Shown piece after piece: positions 15,141 to 31,079 of a stretch of 64,000 bases of DNA (the stretch's first letter is position 1; each line of letters opens with the position of its first letter). Made by a program: the position numbers and the translations under genes. The notes under the pieces were generated by a model, which was given only the letters and a program-made list of their open reading frames with translations, ran no database searches and was not told the origin of the DNA. Source of the stretch: Selaginella moellendorffii (lineage: Eukaryota > Plantae > Lycopodiophyta); assembly GCF_000143415.4 (NCBI RefSeq), contig NW_003314298.1:1410602-1474601 (forward strand). Direction: 5' to 3'.

Positions 15141-18100
15141 ATGGGTGAGTGGAAGCGCCATTCTCATGAATGCCGCCAGATTACGAGCTCGATCTTTCTG
15201 CAGGTGAGAAGAATCGGCCCAGCAAGAAGCAAAAGCGCGGCAAGGTATGGCAAAGGCGCCATCGATATCGCGCGATGAAATTTTCGTTTCTTGCTCTCTA
15301 GGAACCGGAGTCCTCGGCTCCCCCCCAAATTCCTGCCGATGACGACATGGAAGAAGACATCGTCGAGGTCTATGAGGAAGAGGATGAAGGTTCGTCTCTC
15401 TACACTTCTTTTTTTCTTTCTAGTTCTTTCTAAGGATGGGATTTGTTGTGTATGTAGTCGACGAGCATGAAACCGCGGGGAAAATGGATTTTAGCAAGCT
15501 CGAGCTAAAGCCAGACCACGAGAAGAGACCACTCTGGGTTGGACCTGATGGCCATATCTTTCTCGAGACGTTTTCTCCGCTATACAAGCAAGCATACGAC
15601 TTTCTCATTGCCATTGCCGAGCCTGTGTGTCGGTAAGCGTCAGGTCTCGCTGATATGAGAAGTTCTTATACTCAAGTATTTGTCTTTAAAACGTTGTTCC
15701 AGTCCAGAACATATGCACGAGTACAATCTCACGCCACATTCTTTGTACGCGGCTGTCTCCGTTGGTCTTGAGACTCAGACAGTCATTACGGTGCTGGAAC
15801 GGCTGTCGAAAGCAAGGCTCCCGCAGGAGATTGTGAATTTCATCAAAGAGTCGACTCTCAACTATGGCAAAGTAAAACTAGTTCTGCAGAAGAATCGTTA
15901 TTTTGTAGAATCTTCTTATCCGGAGGTATGGTGCAACTTTGATTGGCGAAACTTACTTTCTATCGTGCAGATTCTGGAGAGGGTTTTAAAGGACGATGTC
16001 ATCTCTCGAGCCAGAATTTTTTCGGAGGCATGTGAAAGTTTTTCTTTCAATGTTTGTTTCTTTATCCTGACTATTTTTCTCTCGGCAAAATCTTCTAGGC
16101 AAGTGCGGAGCACGGTTTTACGGTCAACAAGTCGTTGTCCAATGCTACCACAGAACAAGACTTGCTTGCCGGGGATGAAGTTGCTGCTGGAGAAGAGAAG
16201 GATGTGATGTCTTTTGAAATTGATCCTGCTCAAGTAACTATTCTTGTATTGGTTAAGTCGGTTTAGCTCACACAGGAAGTTTTCAGGTAGAACATGTGAA
16301 GCAGAGGTGCCTGCCAAGTGCTTTAAACTATCCGATGCTCGAGGAATACGACTTTAGAAACGATTCGGTAATTTCTTTTGTGCATGATATTTGTTACCTG
16401 ATTTTCGTGAAAGTTTTCTTTTTCATGCAGGTCAATCCTGACTTAAGCATTGAATTGAAACCTCAAGCTCAACCTCGACCTTATCAAGAAAAGAGCTTGA
16501 GCAAAATGTTTGGAAATGGTGTGTATAACAACCATGTTTTGCAAGTTTTTGAGTAGTGACCTGTACTCCAGGACGTGCGAGGTCTGGAATTATCGTATTA
16601 CCTTGTGGAGCTGGTAAATCCTTAGTGGGAGTCTCAGCCGCCTGCCGCATTCGCAAAAGCTGCCTGTGCTTAGCCACCAATGCAGTGTCGGTTGACCAGT
16701 GGGCCTTTCAGTTTAAACTCTGGTCTACTATCCGTGACGATCAGATTTCTCGTTTCACATCAGACAGTAAAGACAAGTTCAAATCAAACGTCGGTGTCGT
16801 TGTGACCACCTACAACATGGTTGCTTTCAAAGGCAAACGATCAGAAGAATCCGAAAAAGTCATTGAATTGATAAAAAGCCGCGAGTGGGGCTTACTTCTT
16901 ATGGATGAGGTAATACGACTATCTTCAAAATTGTACTACTGACCGTCTCTTTTTCCTTGTAGGTGCATGTTGTGCCTGCTCATATGTTTCGTAAAGTTAT
17001 TAGTATCACCAAGTCTCACTGCAAACTTGGACTCACTGGTAAGCAGCTATTAAATATACGGCTGGGACTTACACCTTGTGAGTTTCTTGCAGCCACACTT
17101 GTCAGAGAAGACGAACGTATTACCGATCTGAATTTTCTAATTGGTCCAAAGCTGTACGAGGCGAACTGGCTAGATCTTGTGAAAGGCGGCTACATTGCCA
17201 ATGTTCAATGTGCTGAAGTCTGGTGCCCAATGACTAAAGAATTTTACGCCGAATACCTGAAGAAGGAGAACAGAAAGCAACAGGTAAATTCCTACTTATT
17301 CATTTCCGTTTTATTTACCACCGCTTGACGTTCCTGTGCAGGCATTATACGTAATGAACCCCAATAAATTTCGGGCTTGTGAGTTTCTCATCCGTTTTCA
17401 CGAACAACAGCGAGGAGACAAGATTATTGTCTTTTCTGATAATCTTTTCGCCCTGAGAGAGTATGCCACAAAATTGAAAAGGCCTTTCATTTACGGTCCG
17501 ACCAGGTAAAAGAGACTTCTTAGACATTTGGCGTTGAAACTTTGTTTGTTGCAGCCACCATGAAAGAACAAAGATATTGTACGCTTTTAAACACAGTCCC
17601 GATGTCAACACAGTTTTCTTGTCAAAGGTATTTGTGTCAAAGGTACTTTTCTCATGTCTTATTCTTGTGCACCTGCTTCTCTCAGGTCGGTGACAATTCC
17701 ATTGATATACCCGAGGCAAATGTTATCATCCAAATCTCTTCACATGCTGGTTCCCGGCGTCAAGAAGCACAACGACTCGGTCGAATATTGAGAGCAAAGG
17801 TTCTTAAGAGTTTCTATGGAGACCAAGAGAGACACTAATTAGAGATCCTCTGATTCCAGGGAAAACCCAAAGATCGTGTGAAAGGTGGCACCGAGGAATT
17901 CAATGCCTTCTTCTACTCGCTGGTCTCCACGGACACTCAGGTTCTTTGCTGGCCAAATAAGAGTATCACTTCACTTCATTTAAATCTTTCATTGTGTAGG
18001 AAATGTATTACTCTTCCAAGCGGCAGCAGTTTTTGATCGATCAGGGATACAGTTTCAAGGTTAGGAGCTGGAACGAGCTTCTTTTTTTTTTCCGTTCTAA

Positions 18101-18540
18101 AAACTCTAATTCTCCAGGTTCTTACGAGCTTGCCGCCGGCTGACAGCGGCGCGGACCTGAGCTTTCACAGGCTGGAAGATCAACTGGACTTGCTGTCCAA
18201 GGTACTTCAATCTCTATTCTCGATTTCTGGAAGATTTAGATGGCGTCCAGGTTCTCAATGCCGGCGAGGACGCTGCTGGTGTCGAGCAGCTAGAACACGA
18301 CGCTGATGATATCACAAACTTAAGAGCTCGCCGGATCGCTGGCTCGATGAGTGCTCTCTCGGGTGGCAAAGGGCGATCTTACATGGAATTTAGGTACTCT
18401 CTTCTTCTCAACGTTTTTTCCTGGTCGATGATCTTTGTGAATTTCGATTCTTTAGTATTGGCGGACGAGGACGGGGCCAACAAGCGAAGCCACGCGATCC
18501 AAACAAGCGGCATAATCTATTCAAGAACAGATATAGATAG
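15141..18540 (+). CDS. XPB: TFIIH helicase/translocase subunit XPB
   Basis: MG|[62 protein letters not shown]|[18 protein letters not shown]. Multi-exon with a 4-nt first coding exon. Confidence 0.97.
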
Positions 18541-18646
18541 ATAGAGGCCATTCATTTGAGACTATACAAAAATTTGTAAACAATGGATAGTAGAACTGAT
18601 AGAGACCATTTGAGACTATACAAAGATTTGTAGACAATATGATAGC

Positions 18647-18656
18647 GCCACGTGTC
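18647..18656 (+). promoter_or_regulatory. G-box/ABRE-like GCCACGTGTC upstream of GABA transaminase
   Basis: Exact motif about 25 nt before the ATG; function inferred from position only. Confidence 0.4.
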
Positions 18657-18679
18657 TGTCGTGAGGGTTTACGGCACAA

Positions 18680-21067
18680 ATGGGCAAGGACGCTGCCAAG
18701 GATGAGGCGCTCGAGCAGCGGTAGGCTATCGATCCAATCCCTGGAGCTCCAAATTCTCCGAGATTTCGATCGATTTCTTCCATGGCAGGCACAATATGTT
18801 GTCGCCGTTCACGGCGGGATGGCAGATGGTGAAGGTGGAGCCTCTCATCATCGAGAAATCGGAGGTATGCGCTTGGATTGAGCCGATCTAATGAGATTTC
18901 GGTTTGATTGTCTCGTGTTCTTCGAATTTCTTAGGGGATTTATGTGTATGATACGAATGGAAACAAGTACCTGGACGCCCTTGCTGGCCTCTGGAACAAT
19001 GCGCTTGGTATGAGATCTTCTTCTTCTTTTTGTTTCATGCTTGCATGCATTGAATTGTTTTAGGAGGAAACGAACCTCGCCTTGTGGAGGCCGCGAAGAA
19101 GCAGCTCGATGTTCTCCCGTACTACCACTCTTTCTGGAACCGTACTACTCCAGTCACGCTGGTACTCTTTTGCTTTGGATATCTCATGAATCGCCGTTAC
19201 GTATGTTTTGTTACTGGCAGGAACTTGCCAAAGAGCTTGTGGAGATGTTCACGCAGGTTAAAATGAGCCGCGTGTTGTTCACGAACAGTGGCTCCGAGTC
19301 GAACGATTCCCAAGTGCGTGTCTAGCTTTTTTCCTTCTTTTTTCTACATTTTTCTTGCGATGCAGGTGAGATTGGTTTGGTACTACTACAATGCCATCGG
19401 GAAGCCCCACAAAAAGAAGTTTATAGCACGAGAAAAAGCGTGAGAATCTTACTATGATTGTATCTTTTTGTATATTTTCTCACGCTGCTTCTAATGTAGC
19501 TACCACGGATCTACGTATGCTTCAGCCAGTCTCTCCGGGTACTTCTCTAATTCTCTTGCTCTTTCTATTGGAACTTAACAAGAGTTACACTTGTTGTCCA
19601 GTTTGCCGAACCTTCATAAAGGTTTTGATGCACCAGCATCTTTTGTTGTTCATACTGACTGTCCGCATTATTGGCGAAATCACTTGCCTGGTAAGCTGTA
19701 TAGTTTTCTTCTGCTCCTAATTTTTTTTAAATATAAGGTGAGAGTGAGGAGGATTTCGCCACGAGATTGGCTGATAATCTGGAAAAGCTCATCCTAAAGG
19801 AAGGACCCGAGAATGTAAGCAACCAGGTTCAGAATTTTTTTCGCAAGTAAGCCTGTCTATTGAAGATTGCTGCCTTCATTGGAGAGCCTCTCATGGCTGC
19901 TGGCGGTGTCATGCCTCCTCCAGCTACATACTGGGACAAGGTAAAGGAGCCAAACGCTTGTTTTCCTGTTTCTAACTTCTAAGTTGCAGATTCAACCCAT
20001 TCTTAAAAAATACGACATCCTCCTTATTGCTGATGAGGTTCAGGAATTTGTTTTTAAATCTGAAAGTTGTTTCTGATTCAATTTTGTTTCAATCAAGGTT
20101 GTTTGTGCATTTGGAAGGCTTGGAACAATGTTCGGTTGCGACTATTACAATATAAAGCCCGATCTTGTTAGCATGGCAAAGGTATGTATTTCGAGACTAG
20201 TTAGAAGGAAGCGCTGATCCTGTAATTTTCTTCTCTTTTTAAGGCCTTATCTTCCGCTTATATGCCCATTGGAGCTGTTCTTGTAAGTGAAAAAATATCA
20301 GATGCTATCTTGAAGTTCAGTGACCAGCATGGTGAGAAGTTTCCACTTTGTATTTCATTTGCTTTATAAAGGTGGTTTTATGTGTTCTAGGCTCTCTTGG
20401 CCATGGATTTACATATTCTGGACATCCCGTTCCTTGTGCGGTTGCCTTGGAAGCATTGCACATTTACAAGTAAGCAAGCTCAATGCAACTCTGTCATCCA
20501 CTTTTCCATTTCGACGTTTGATTTTTTCAAGGGAGAGAGACATTCCCGGACATGTTGCAAAAGTATCTCCTCACTTTCAGAAAGGACTGCATAAACTATC
20601 CAGCAGTCCAGTCATCGGAGAGGTTTGTTGTGATTTGCGCGGCTTGCGGGCTTTCTAACTCTGCAATCAGATTCGTGGGACTGGTTTGATCATTGGAGTC
20701 GAATTCAAAGACGGGAAGCGTCCGGAAAACACCTTTCCAGCAGACTGGGGTAATGACAGATTCGAGTTTCTTATCCCGAATGCTAGACATAACTTTCACT
20801 TTGTTCATCCAGGAGTGTCAGCATATTTCGCAGATAAGTGCAAAGAGGAAGGAATGCTGGTGCGCATCTCGGGAGACGCCATCTTCATGTCTCCAACGTT
20901 GACAATCACAATCGAAGAGATTGACGAGGTAAGCTTCCTCTTTCAAGTCGCACTTAGGCAGAGACAAAAACTTTTGGAAACTTCTTTTACTACAGCTCAT
21001 CACCATGTTCGAGAAGGCACTCAAAGCCACCGAGAAGTACGTCGAGTCCAAGAAAAAAAGTGGATAA
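18680..21067 (+). CDS. GABA-T: Gamma-aminobutyrate transaminase (class III aminotransferase)
   Basis: [36 protein letters not shown]|[17 protein letters not shown]|[20 protein letters not shown] across many short exons. Confidence 0.92.
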
Positions 21068-21224
21068 ACATCAGCGGCCTCTGGAATAAAATGGCGTTTG
21101 TTTCATTCTTTTCTTCTTTCGGTAAAGTGCTTTTTCTTTCTTTTTTTCTTCTTCTTTGAAGTATCAATATATATATATATATATATTACATTACATGCTA
21201 TAAAGGTAGAGCTTTTATACACGT

Positions 21225-21326
21225 AGTGTTTGAAGGCTGCTCGCTCTTATACAAGACCAAGTTCCTATCATCTTGGAGCTGCGAGAATTGTGGAAACGAA
21301 CTGGGGACAAAGGTGTTGGTCGCCCC
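21225..21326 (-). pseudogene. Degenerate duplicate of the bulb-lectin gene 3' end
   Basis: Aligns with indels to about 21588-21708 (GCTCTTATACAA.ACCAAGTTCCTATCATCTTGGAGC...GGGGACAAAGGTGTTGGTCGCCC). Confidence 0.8.
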
Positions 21327-21575
21327 ATCAAAATCTTAGAATTTCTACAATTTGGAGAGGGCGAGTCCTCAATTTCCATACAAGGGCAGTTGGCGGGCCA
21401 AGCCGAGGGCAAGGGCTAGCTACCGATTCTCAGCCATGATTTTCAAACGCGTCGTTTAACGCTCCAGAGAATAGCGAGATCAAACAAGATCAAACTTGTT
21501 TTTGATCTGATGAAAGATCTTGTGCCTGCACATACAAACGCAAAGCTTCTCACCTGGAAATTTGTAGATTTTTCA

Positions 21576-22490
21576 TCATCTAACAGCAGTGTTTGAAGCC
21601 CGCGCGGGGACCTGCTCGTCGCTCTTATACAAAACCAAGTTCCTATCATCTTGGAGCGCCAGAATCGTGGAAACAAAACGATCACCGGGGACAAAGGTGT
21701 TGGTCGCCCACACACAAACCTCATGATTGACAACCACCAGGTTCCCATCCTGCTGGACCAGCAAGAAGCAGCCGTCCGCCCTGCCCCTGGTCGGGGTGGC
21801 CCAAACCCGGTCGCCATCGTACAGTACAGCCTCGCAATGCCGCTCCATGACCAGCTTGTACCGCTGGTTGGGCGACCAGATCGCCTGATTGGGCAGGAGC
21901 CGCGAGTAGACGCGCGCCCTTGGGCCACTTTGGACCATATTGGCGTACGGAAAGCAATCATCCGACAACGAATATACGGCCCTCCGGGTGGAATCTAGGG
22001 CTCTTAGCTGCGCGGGATTTACTTCCTCCCCCATGCTGTACATGCCCTCCTCCATGCTGTACTCCATGCCATATCGCCCGTCGATCACAGTGATGTAGCT
22101 GTAGCCCCAGCGGAATAGATCGGTGGCGAGGCGGTCGTGGAGCTCGCGGAAGGCGGCGACGAGGATGAATCCGGGCAAGGAGTCAGAGAGATCGGGCGTG
22201 GCGTGGCAGTCGTCGCTGAAGAACCAGAGGCGGATGAAGATGCGGCCGGTCCCGAGGAAGATCGTGTCGGAGATTGAGCGTGGCGAGTAGCGATCTGACA
22301 CGGAGATTGTGTTCACTAGCGTCGCGAGAGCGGCGATCACAAATGCGCGGGCTTCATTGCTTGCGAGTAAGAATGGGACGCCGCGATCTACGACCTGCTG
22401 GGCGCTTGCGATTGCGAGGAGCGCGAGGAGGAAGAGGAAGTAGTAGAGAGCTATGGCATTGCTGATCTCGATCTTCGCGGGCAATGCCAT
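21576..22490 (-). CDS. Secreted protein with a C-terminal bulb-type (GNA-like) lectin domain
   Basis: Intronless. Hydrophobic signal YYFLFLLALLAIASA. Lectin motifs QQDGNLVVV, QDDRNLVLY and VWATNT. Confidence 0.8.
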   Translation of the reverse strand: MALPAKIEISNAIALYYFLFLLALLAIASAQQVVDRGVPFLLASNEARAFVIAALATLVNTISVSDRYSPRSISDTIFLGTGRIFIRLWFFSDDCHATPDLSDSLPGFILVAAFRELHDRLATDLFRWGYSYITVIDGRYGMEYSMEEGMYSMGEEVNPAQLRALDSTRRAVYSLSDDCFPYANMVQSGPRARVYSRLLPNQAIWSPNQRYKLVMERHCEAVLYDGDRVWATPTRGRADGCFLLVQQDGNLVVVNHEVCVWATNTFVPGDRFVSTILALQDDRNLVLYKSDEQVPARASNTAVR

Positions 22491-22673
22491 GGGAGATGGA
22501 ATGAGTGTCAATCTCCATAGCTTTTAAAAGGGGACATCCAATAATTTTTGGCGGGTCAGCGCTTTGGATATCTCGCAAGGATATTCCTTACAAATTAATT
22601 ACTTTAATTGGAATTATTATTAAGACAAGTGTACGGCGTCTTGAGACTTGTACGGATTGTTTTAGGGTTTATC

Positions 22674-25600
22674 ATGGCTGGGCAATTTCGAGCCCGACGC
22701 TACGAGCTCGAGGGAGCCGCGGCGTCCCTGGATCGGCATCCGGCAGCTGCGCATCCGCTGCTGGATCATGAATGCGGCGCTGCGGCCGCCTCAATTCACT
22801 GCGCGGTTCTTCGGGTCAGTGGTGATGAATGCGTGGATTATCTCTCTGACAGGGTTTTGTCCAGGACGAGAAGGAGCCGCTCTTGGCGGAGGTCGTCTTT
22901 GATGATCCGCTGAGGTCGGGTGGTTTTGCTGAGGCGGATTTGGCTTCTCCTCCGGCAATGCGGCACAAGTCCAAGACTTCCAGACGGGTGGTTTCCAAGA
23001 GTGTCATGGACGAGCAAGTGGAAAATGCAGCGGCGGATTGGGATGCTTATAAGCTCACACTTTCTCAGAGATTTGGATCGTCTGGCACCATGACGATGTC
23101 CTCGGTGAGCTTCGGCCTTTTTCTAGTGCATGGTTGAGAATTATGATTTCTTTCGTGTTCTCATTGCAGGCTTTTGATGTTCTTGCGAAAGATCACAAAG
23201 GTAACTTACGCACGTAGGATGACTGTCCAACAGATCATATCGTGTTCTGTTCAGCCGCCGGAACGAGCACACATCTCCAGCAGCTGGAAGATCCCGAGAG
23301 AAAGGCCTTCGAGGATGTCAAGATTCTCACGCAGCAAGAATGTGTGACGAGACTGAAGGATCTTAACGAAGAGATTGCTGAAGCTTGGAGGAGCGAAGAA
23401 CGCGTTTCTGCTTTGAGACTTACCATCAAGGTTTGAGACGGTACCTGCTCGTGGCTCACTTACAAGTTTTCTCTCTTTTCGTTTTCGCAGGTAGCCAGGC
23501 TTTTGATGGACACTTCCGTGGCACACTTCTATCCCGTGTTGTTCGTGCTCGTAACTGATGTCCTGGATAATGTCGGCGATTTAGTGTGGATGCGTATCAA
23601 GAAAAAGGCCGAGACCGATGAAAACGGGAATACCATTGAACTGCCAGGTCTTTCTGCGTGCATGGATTTTTTTCTGTGGGATTCATTCTTGTGTTGCAGT
23701 GGATTTTTCATCTAGCGACATCTCTCAGGAGGCGAAGGATACATGTAACAACTGGTTTTTAAAAATTGGGTCCATCAAAGAGCTCTTGCCTCGGATGTAA
23801 GTCCTGACGTTTACTGTAGCCTTGCGGTGCTAAATTGCATCTCCTTTCTAGATACCTCGAAATTGCTATCCTGCGGTGCTTGCAATTTCTAGAGCGAGAT
23901 CCTATCTCCACCATTCAGAGGTTGTCTTCGATGGTCAGAGGGTTGGGAAGTCCTTTGACGTCTGCCTATACTTACATATACTTATCGCGTAAAGGGCTTG
24001 CACTTTTGCCGATGGAAAGAGGTAATAAAAATGCTGGGACTACTGTTACACTAACTATTACATTCTCTCAGGTTATCTGGTTAGTGGTATCCATGATTTT
24101 ACAATGCTGTTATACAGATTAATTGCTGGGGAGTTCAATCAGAATCTTTTAGAGCTGCACATTCAGAAACAAACGTATGTGAGACTGGTCGAACCAATGT
24201 TCGAGTGGGTGCTCCACTGCATATTCAAGCTTCTAAAGCAGGTATTGTTTTTTTTTTAATTTTCGACTAATCTTCTATGTGATCATTTTGGCAGGAGGAA
24301 ACACAAGAAGTTGTGGTTGCTCTTTGTGGCAAACGAGAGAAAGATGGAATGAAGCCTTTGTCAATATTGGTGCATTACTTGCTCAAGCAGCTTCCTGCCA
24401 CATTCGTGGCTAACCATGCCATTGAGATCTCCAGATTGGTGAAAAGCTCTACCGACATTTCAATGCCGCAGGTTTCGCTTATTGCATTTGCAAGATTGGC
24501 ATTCACTCACTTCAGTTTGTCATTTCTAGAGTGCCAGTTTTGTCACGCTCGGAAGAAAAATGTGCGACTGTCCACCTCCTCGTGAATTTCGACTTCAAGT
24601 TCTCAGTGATGTATGGAAGGTATGCCACTGACTTCTCAAGTTGTGGATATGACATTGTAAGTTTCAGGCGACTACAAAGTACACATCTTTAATAGACTAT
24701 GTAGCTGTCGCCAACGCGTTTGTCGAATACATTCTTCAGTGTTGCTCAGTAAGCTATTCGAGTTAATTGTCCATGAATTTATAAACAGTGCGCTTTTCTT
24801 TTCAGGAAACAGAGCTTATCGTAGTGCTTCGTGATTTAAAGCAGCACTTAAGCGACGGGGAGATTGATCATGAAGTTATGGAGTTCCTTGAGTTCATTGC
24901 TCTAAAGCTGATTGACCATTACGCAGACTTTAAACACCTATTTGGTCTGGTGAGTTTTCAACTTTTCTCCAGGGACAAAATTCGAGAGTTTTACACTTTT
25001 TAATTGTAATAAACAACATCAGGAGACATTCATGGACATTCTTGATATGTTTCATGGGGATTTCCGGCTTAATGTCTACAAGTGTATTTTGAATTCGGTC
25101 TCCAGGTAGTGTCTTTTTATTTCTCTATTTATGCGCAACTGATTCTGAATGTCAGGAATAACATGCCTGTGCTTGATCCAGTCTGCAAAAACTTTTTGTT
25201 TGAATCAACTAAAGTGCTCCATGATTCCTTAGACAGTTTTAGTAGTGATGACGATCGAAGGCAAATAGCTCGTCTGGTGATCAGATTTATTCAACTGGTG
25301 CGTGTAAATCTTCTTTTGCTATTGGTCAGCTGGCTATGTTTTGCAGGCTGATTACGGGAAGAATCTCGAGACCCAGCTAGATTTTCTTGTTGAGTGTCGT
25401 GCGGCTTTTCCGAGGATGGACGCTGTTAGAGTGAGTTGAGAGGTATTTGAAATGTTTTTGATCTCAAAGACTGCCCTTACTTTTTTTCTTGTATTCCAGG
25501 AGGAAGTTGTCCGTGCTAGCCATGGCATAGCTATGTCGACATTTAAACTCTGGAAAGGCTGTCATTCCGAAGCGAGCATGGATTTTGTGAAGTCGTGTAT

Positions 25601-26816
25601 AGCATTCAACGAGATCACTATACCGTCAATCACCGATGTTACTGTGCGCGTTCAGCTTTATATCACGACTGGTGAGGTAAGTCCTGGAATTATTTCCATT
25701 GCCAAATGCATTTTCTTCTCAGGTTGCTCTGATGAACGGCCTGCTATCTTATGTTCTGAATCTCTTGAAATCCGGAATACTTTGCTTACAAGAACTTCGT
25801 TCCGAAGGTAGCAGCCATGCATACGCTATCTTGTAACAATTTCACGGTTTTCTGTTCAGATTCCAATAACGAAGATGAGCTACGACCTTTACTACTGAAG
25901 CTTTGTTCGTTTCTGGTAGTGGTGCCAGGTAATGGAAACTCTGGATCAATTAAAAAGATTTGAGGTTCTCTTGGTTTTTTCAGGGGATCCGGAACTCGGT
26001 GTGTTGTATTTTCCAAGAGGCCTTGTGAACTTGCTCGATGCCAAACCCTGGTAGGAACAAGCAGAGTATGGATAAATTTACTCTCTGAATTCTATTACAG
26101 GTTACTGAAAGGAAGGAAGAGACTGCAAGTCCTCCTCGGTATTCTCTCTACAGTCTCGACATTGTCTCAAGACGATCTTCCATACCATGTAGCAAATGAG
26201 CAGGTCTTTTTCTTAAAAGTCACTCCGTGCCTTGCTGAAAAGTGGATGCAGGTAGATAGCAACGATACGTTGTACTTTGGAGAGTCGGGATATCAAGAAG
26301 AACTGCAGAGCTTTGGTGCTATGGTTCTGGAAAAAATTGTCGCTGTCATCAAGCAAGAAAAGAATGCGGTGAGTGCAGATTTGTTCTTTCGGAAGGTTAA
26401 GCTCCTCTCTCTTTGTAGTTGCAACGCGGGTACATGCTACTGGATACTTGTAACACTCTTTTAATGGCGTTCGAGGTCAGTGATTTTTTTTCTTGTATTT
26501 TCTTATTCTCAGCTGGCTGCTTTTGTAGAACTCTGATGAAATGGGAGCTCAAATGCTTGAAAGAGCGCGATCGCTGTTGCCAAAAGAACTAGGCTATTTG
26601 GAAGCAACAAGGCAGCGAGTTCTGAGAAGTAACGAGCTAAAACTTTATAGATTGTCTCTCTCGGCTAACTCCCTTCTATCAATCCAGGCTTTGGAGCATG
26701 AATCCAGTACGCTCGTCCATGTCACGGCATTTGGCTGGAGAGGCATTCCTCTCACGACCGCCAAACTTTCATCCAACCGGTGGAGCCTTCCAAACAGGTC
26801 CACAACACAGTTATAG
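22674..26816 (+). CDS. VPS35L: VPS35 endosomal sorting factor-like (Retriever subunit)
   Basis: FRARRY...HPL N-terminus, AWRSEERVSALRLTIK|VARLLMDTSVAHFYPVLFVLVTDVLD, EAKDTCNNWFLKIGSIKELLPR|YLEIAIL. The 3' end is uncertain (see findings). Confidence 0.88.
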
Positions 26817-28190
26817 TGCTCAATACCAGGAACGATTCCATACTCTTGCACCATTTTCTTGAAAATTCGTGACGCTTTATCGGTTGATCCAGCACGGGTG
26901 CAAGTAGCTAGAAGTGATACAAAGGTGATCCCATCGGCTGCTACAAATTCGGCTTCCATTGCTTGAAAGAGATGGAAGACGAGCTTTGTGTTTCCTTGGT
27001 GACTGTATCCTGCTATCAGGGCATTCCATGCAAGAATGGTGGTAGTTCCAGATGATAAGGAATCGAAAATAAGTTGGCTACTTCTCAGACTTCCATTTCT
27101 TCCATAGAAATCCAGCAAAGACACGACTATAGGCTCGAGAACTTCCATTCCACGCCGGCAAATCTCCTTGTGGATTTCTCTCCCGGTTTCCAAGTCCGCG
27201 AGATTGCTACAAGCTTTCAATGCGGCAACAAAGGTCCAAGAGTTGGGCTCGCCACCTTTTCGTTTGAAGCAAAAGAAGATTCTCAGTGCTGACTCGTTAT
27301 ACATATCCCAAGATCAGTGAGTTCCAAGTCACGCTATCACGAAACTCCATTCGAGTGAAAACTCTTTGAGCGTCAACCACGCTTCCACACTTGAGAAACA
27401 TATCTATGAGTGAATTTGACACGAAAGTGCTGGAATGGGAGGATTTTTCTATGGCTCGAGCATAGATCGCCATTCCCTTCTCGAGGGATTCCATGGGAAC
27501 GAGCTTTTCATTGAAGTCCTGGCAAGATTCTTGTGTGGCGAGGATGGCGCAAGCTTTCGCGGCTGCTACGAAGGCCCAGGGATCGCCAGCCATGGCGTGA
27601 CGATCGTGTTCGAGCTGGAGGACCTCGAACAGATTGAGAGCCTCCCGCGCGAGTCCATTGTCGGCGTACCCATGCATGAGCGAGCTCCACGCCACGGCAT
27701 TGCTCTGGATCATCGAGGAGAAAACTCGCTCGGCCTCGCGCAAGCAGCCACACTTGCAGTACATAAAAACCAAGCTGCTGGCCACGAAATCGTTGGAGTC
27801 GCAGCCCTCTCTCGCGGCCAAGCGATGAACAGCCATGCCCTTCTCCAGCGCCTTGATCTTGACAAATCGCCCATGATCGACCTCTCTCTCGGCAATGCAA
27901 GCGCAAGCTTTGATCGCCGCAAGGATTGTTCGCTCGTTGAAGGATTGGATTCCAGAGAACAACTCCAGAGCAAGCTCGGGCTCTCCATTCTCGGCATACC
28001 CGAGGATCAAAGCGTTCCATAGCGCGAGATCGCGGTGGTGGAGAGAATCAAACACTCTCCGAGCTTCCACCATAGAGCCACGCTTGGCATGCTTTCTCAC
28101 GAGCTTGCTCGCTGCATAGAGATCTAAAGTGCTCGTCCCTGCCAACCAAGAACTTGTTTGCTCGATCATACTTCTTGTTTTCTCGATCAT
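26645..28190 (-). pseudogene. PLS-class PPR gene with a frameshift
   Basis: Repeats WNALILGYAENG, SSLVFMYCKCG, TFVAALKAC, HYNCVVDLFGR. The frame breaks at about 27297-27304 (GYV* then NESAL in another frame) and the E domain is truncated. Confidence 0.8.
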
Positions 28191-28222
28191 ATTCCAAAGA
28201 CCAAATACAAATTCTAGAAGTG

Positions 28223-30957
<2,735 letters not shown>

Positions 30958-31079
30958 GGTCGTCGTCCTAATTTGAAAACTTTTATACTATAGACATCAA
31001 AATTCTAATATGGTTTGAAGGAATATATGGTTAATATTTAATAATAACAAATCAAATAAATAAATTAAGTATCCAAAGC

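Noticed and set aside
21166-21186. (TA)n run
   Set aside because: Ordinary microsatellite in a 3' region.
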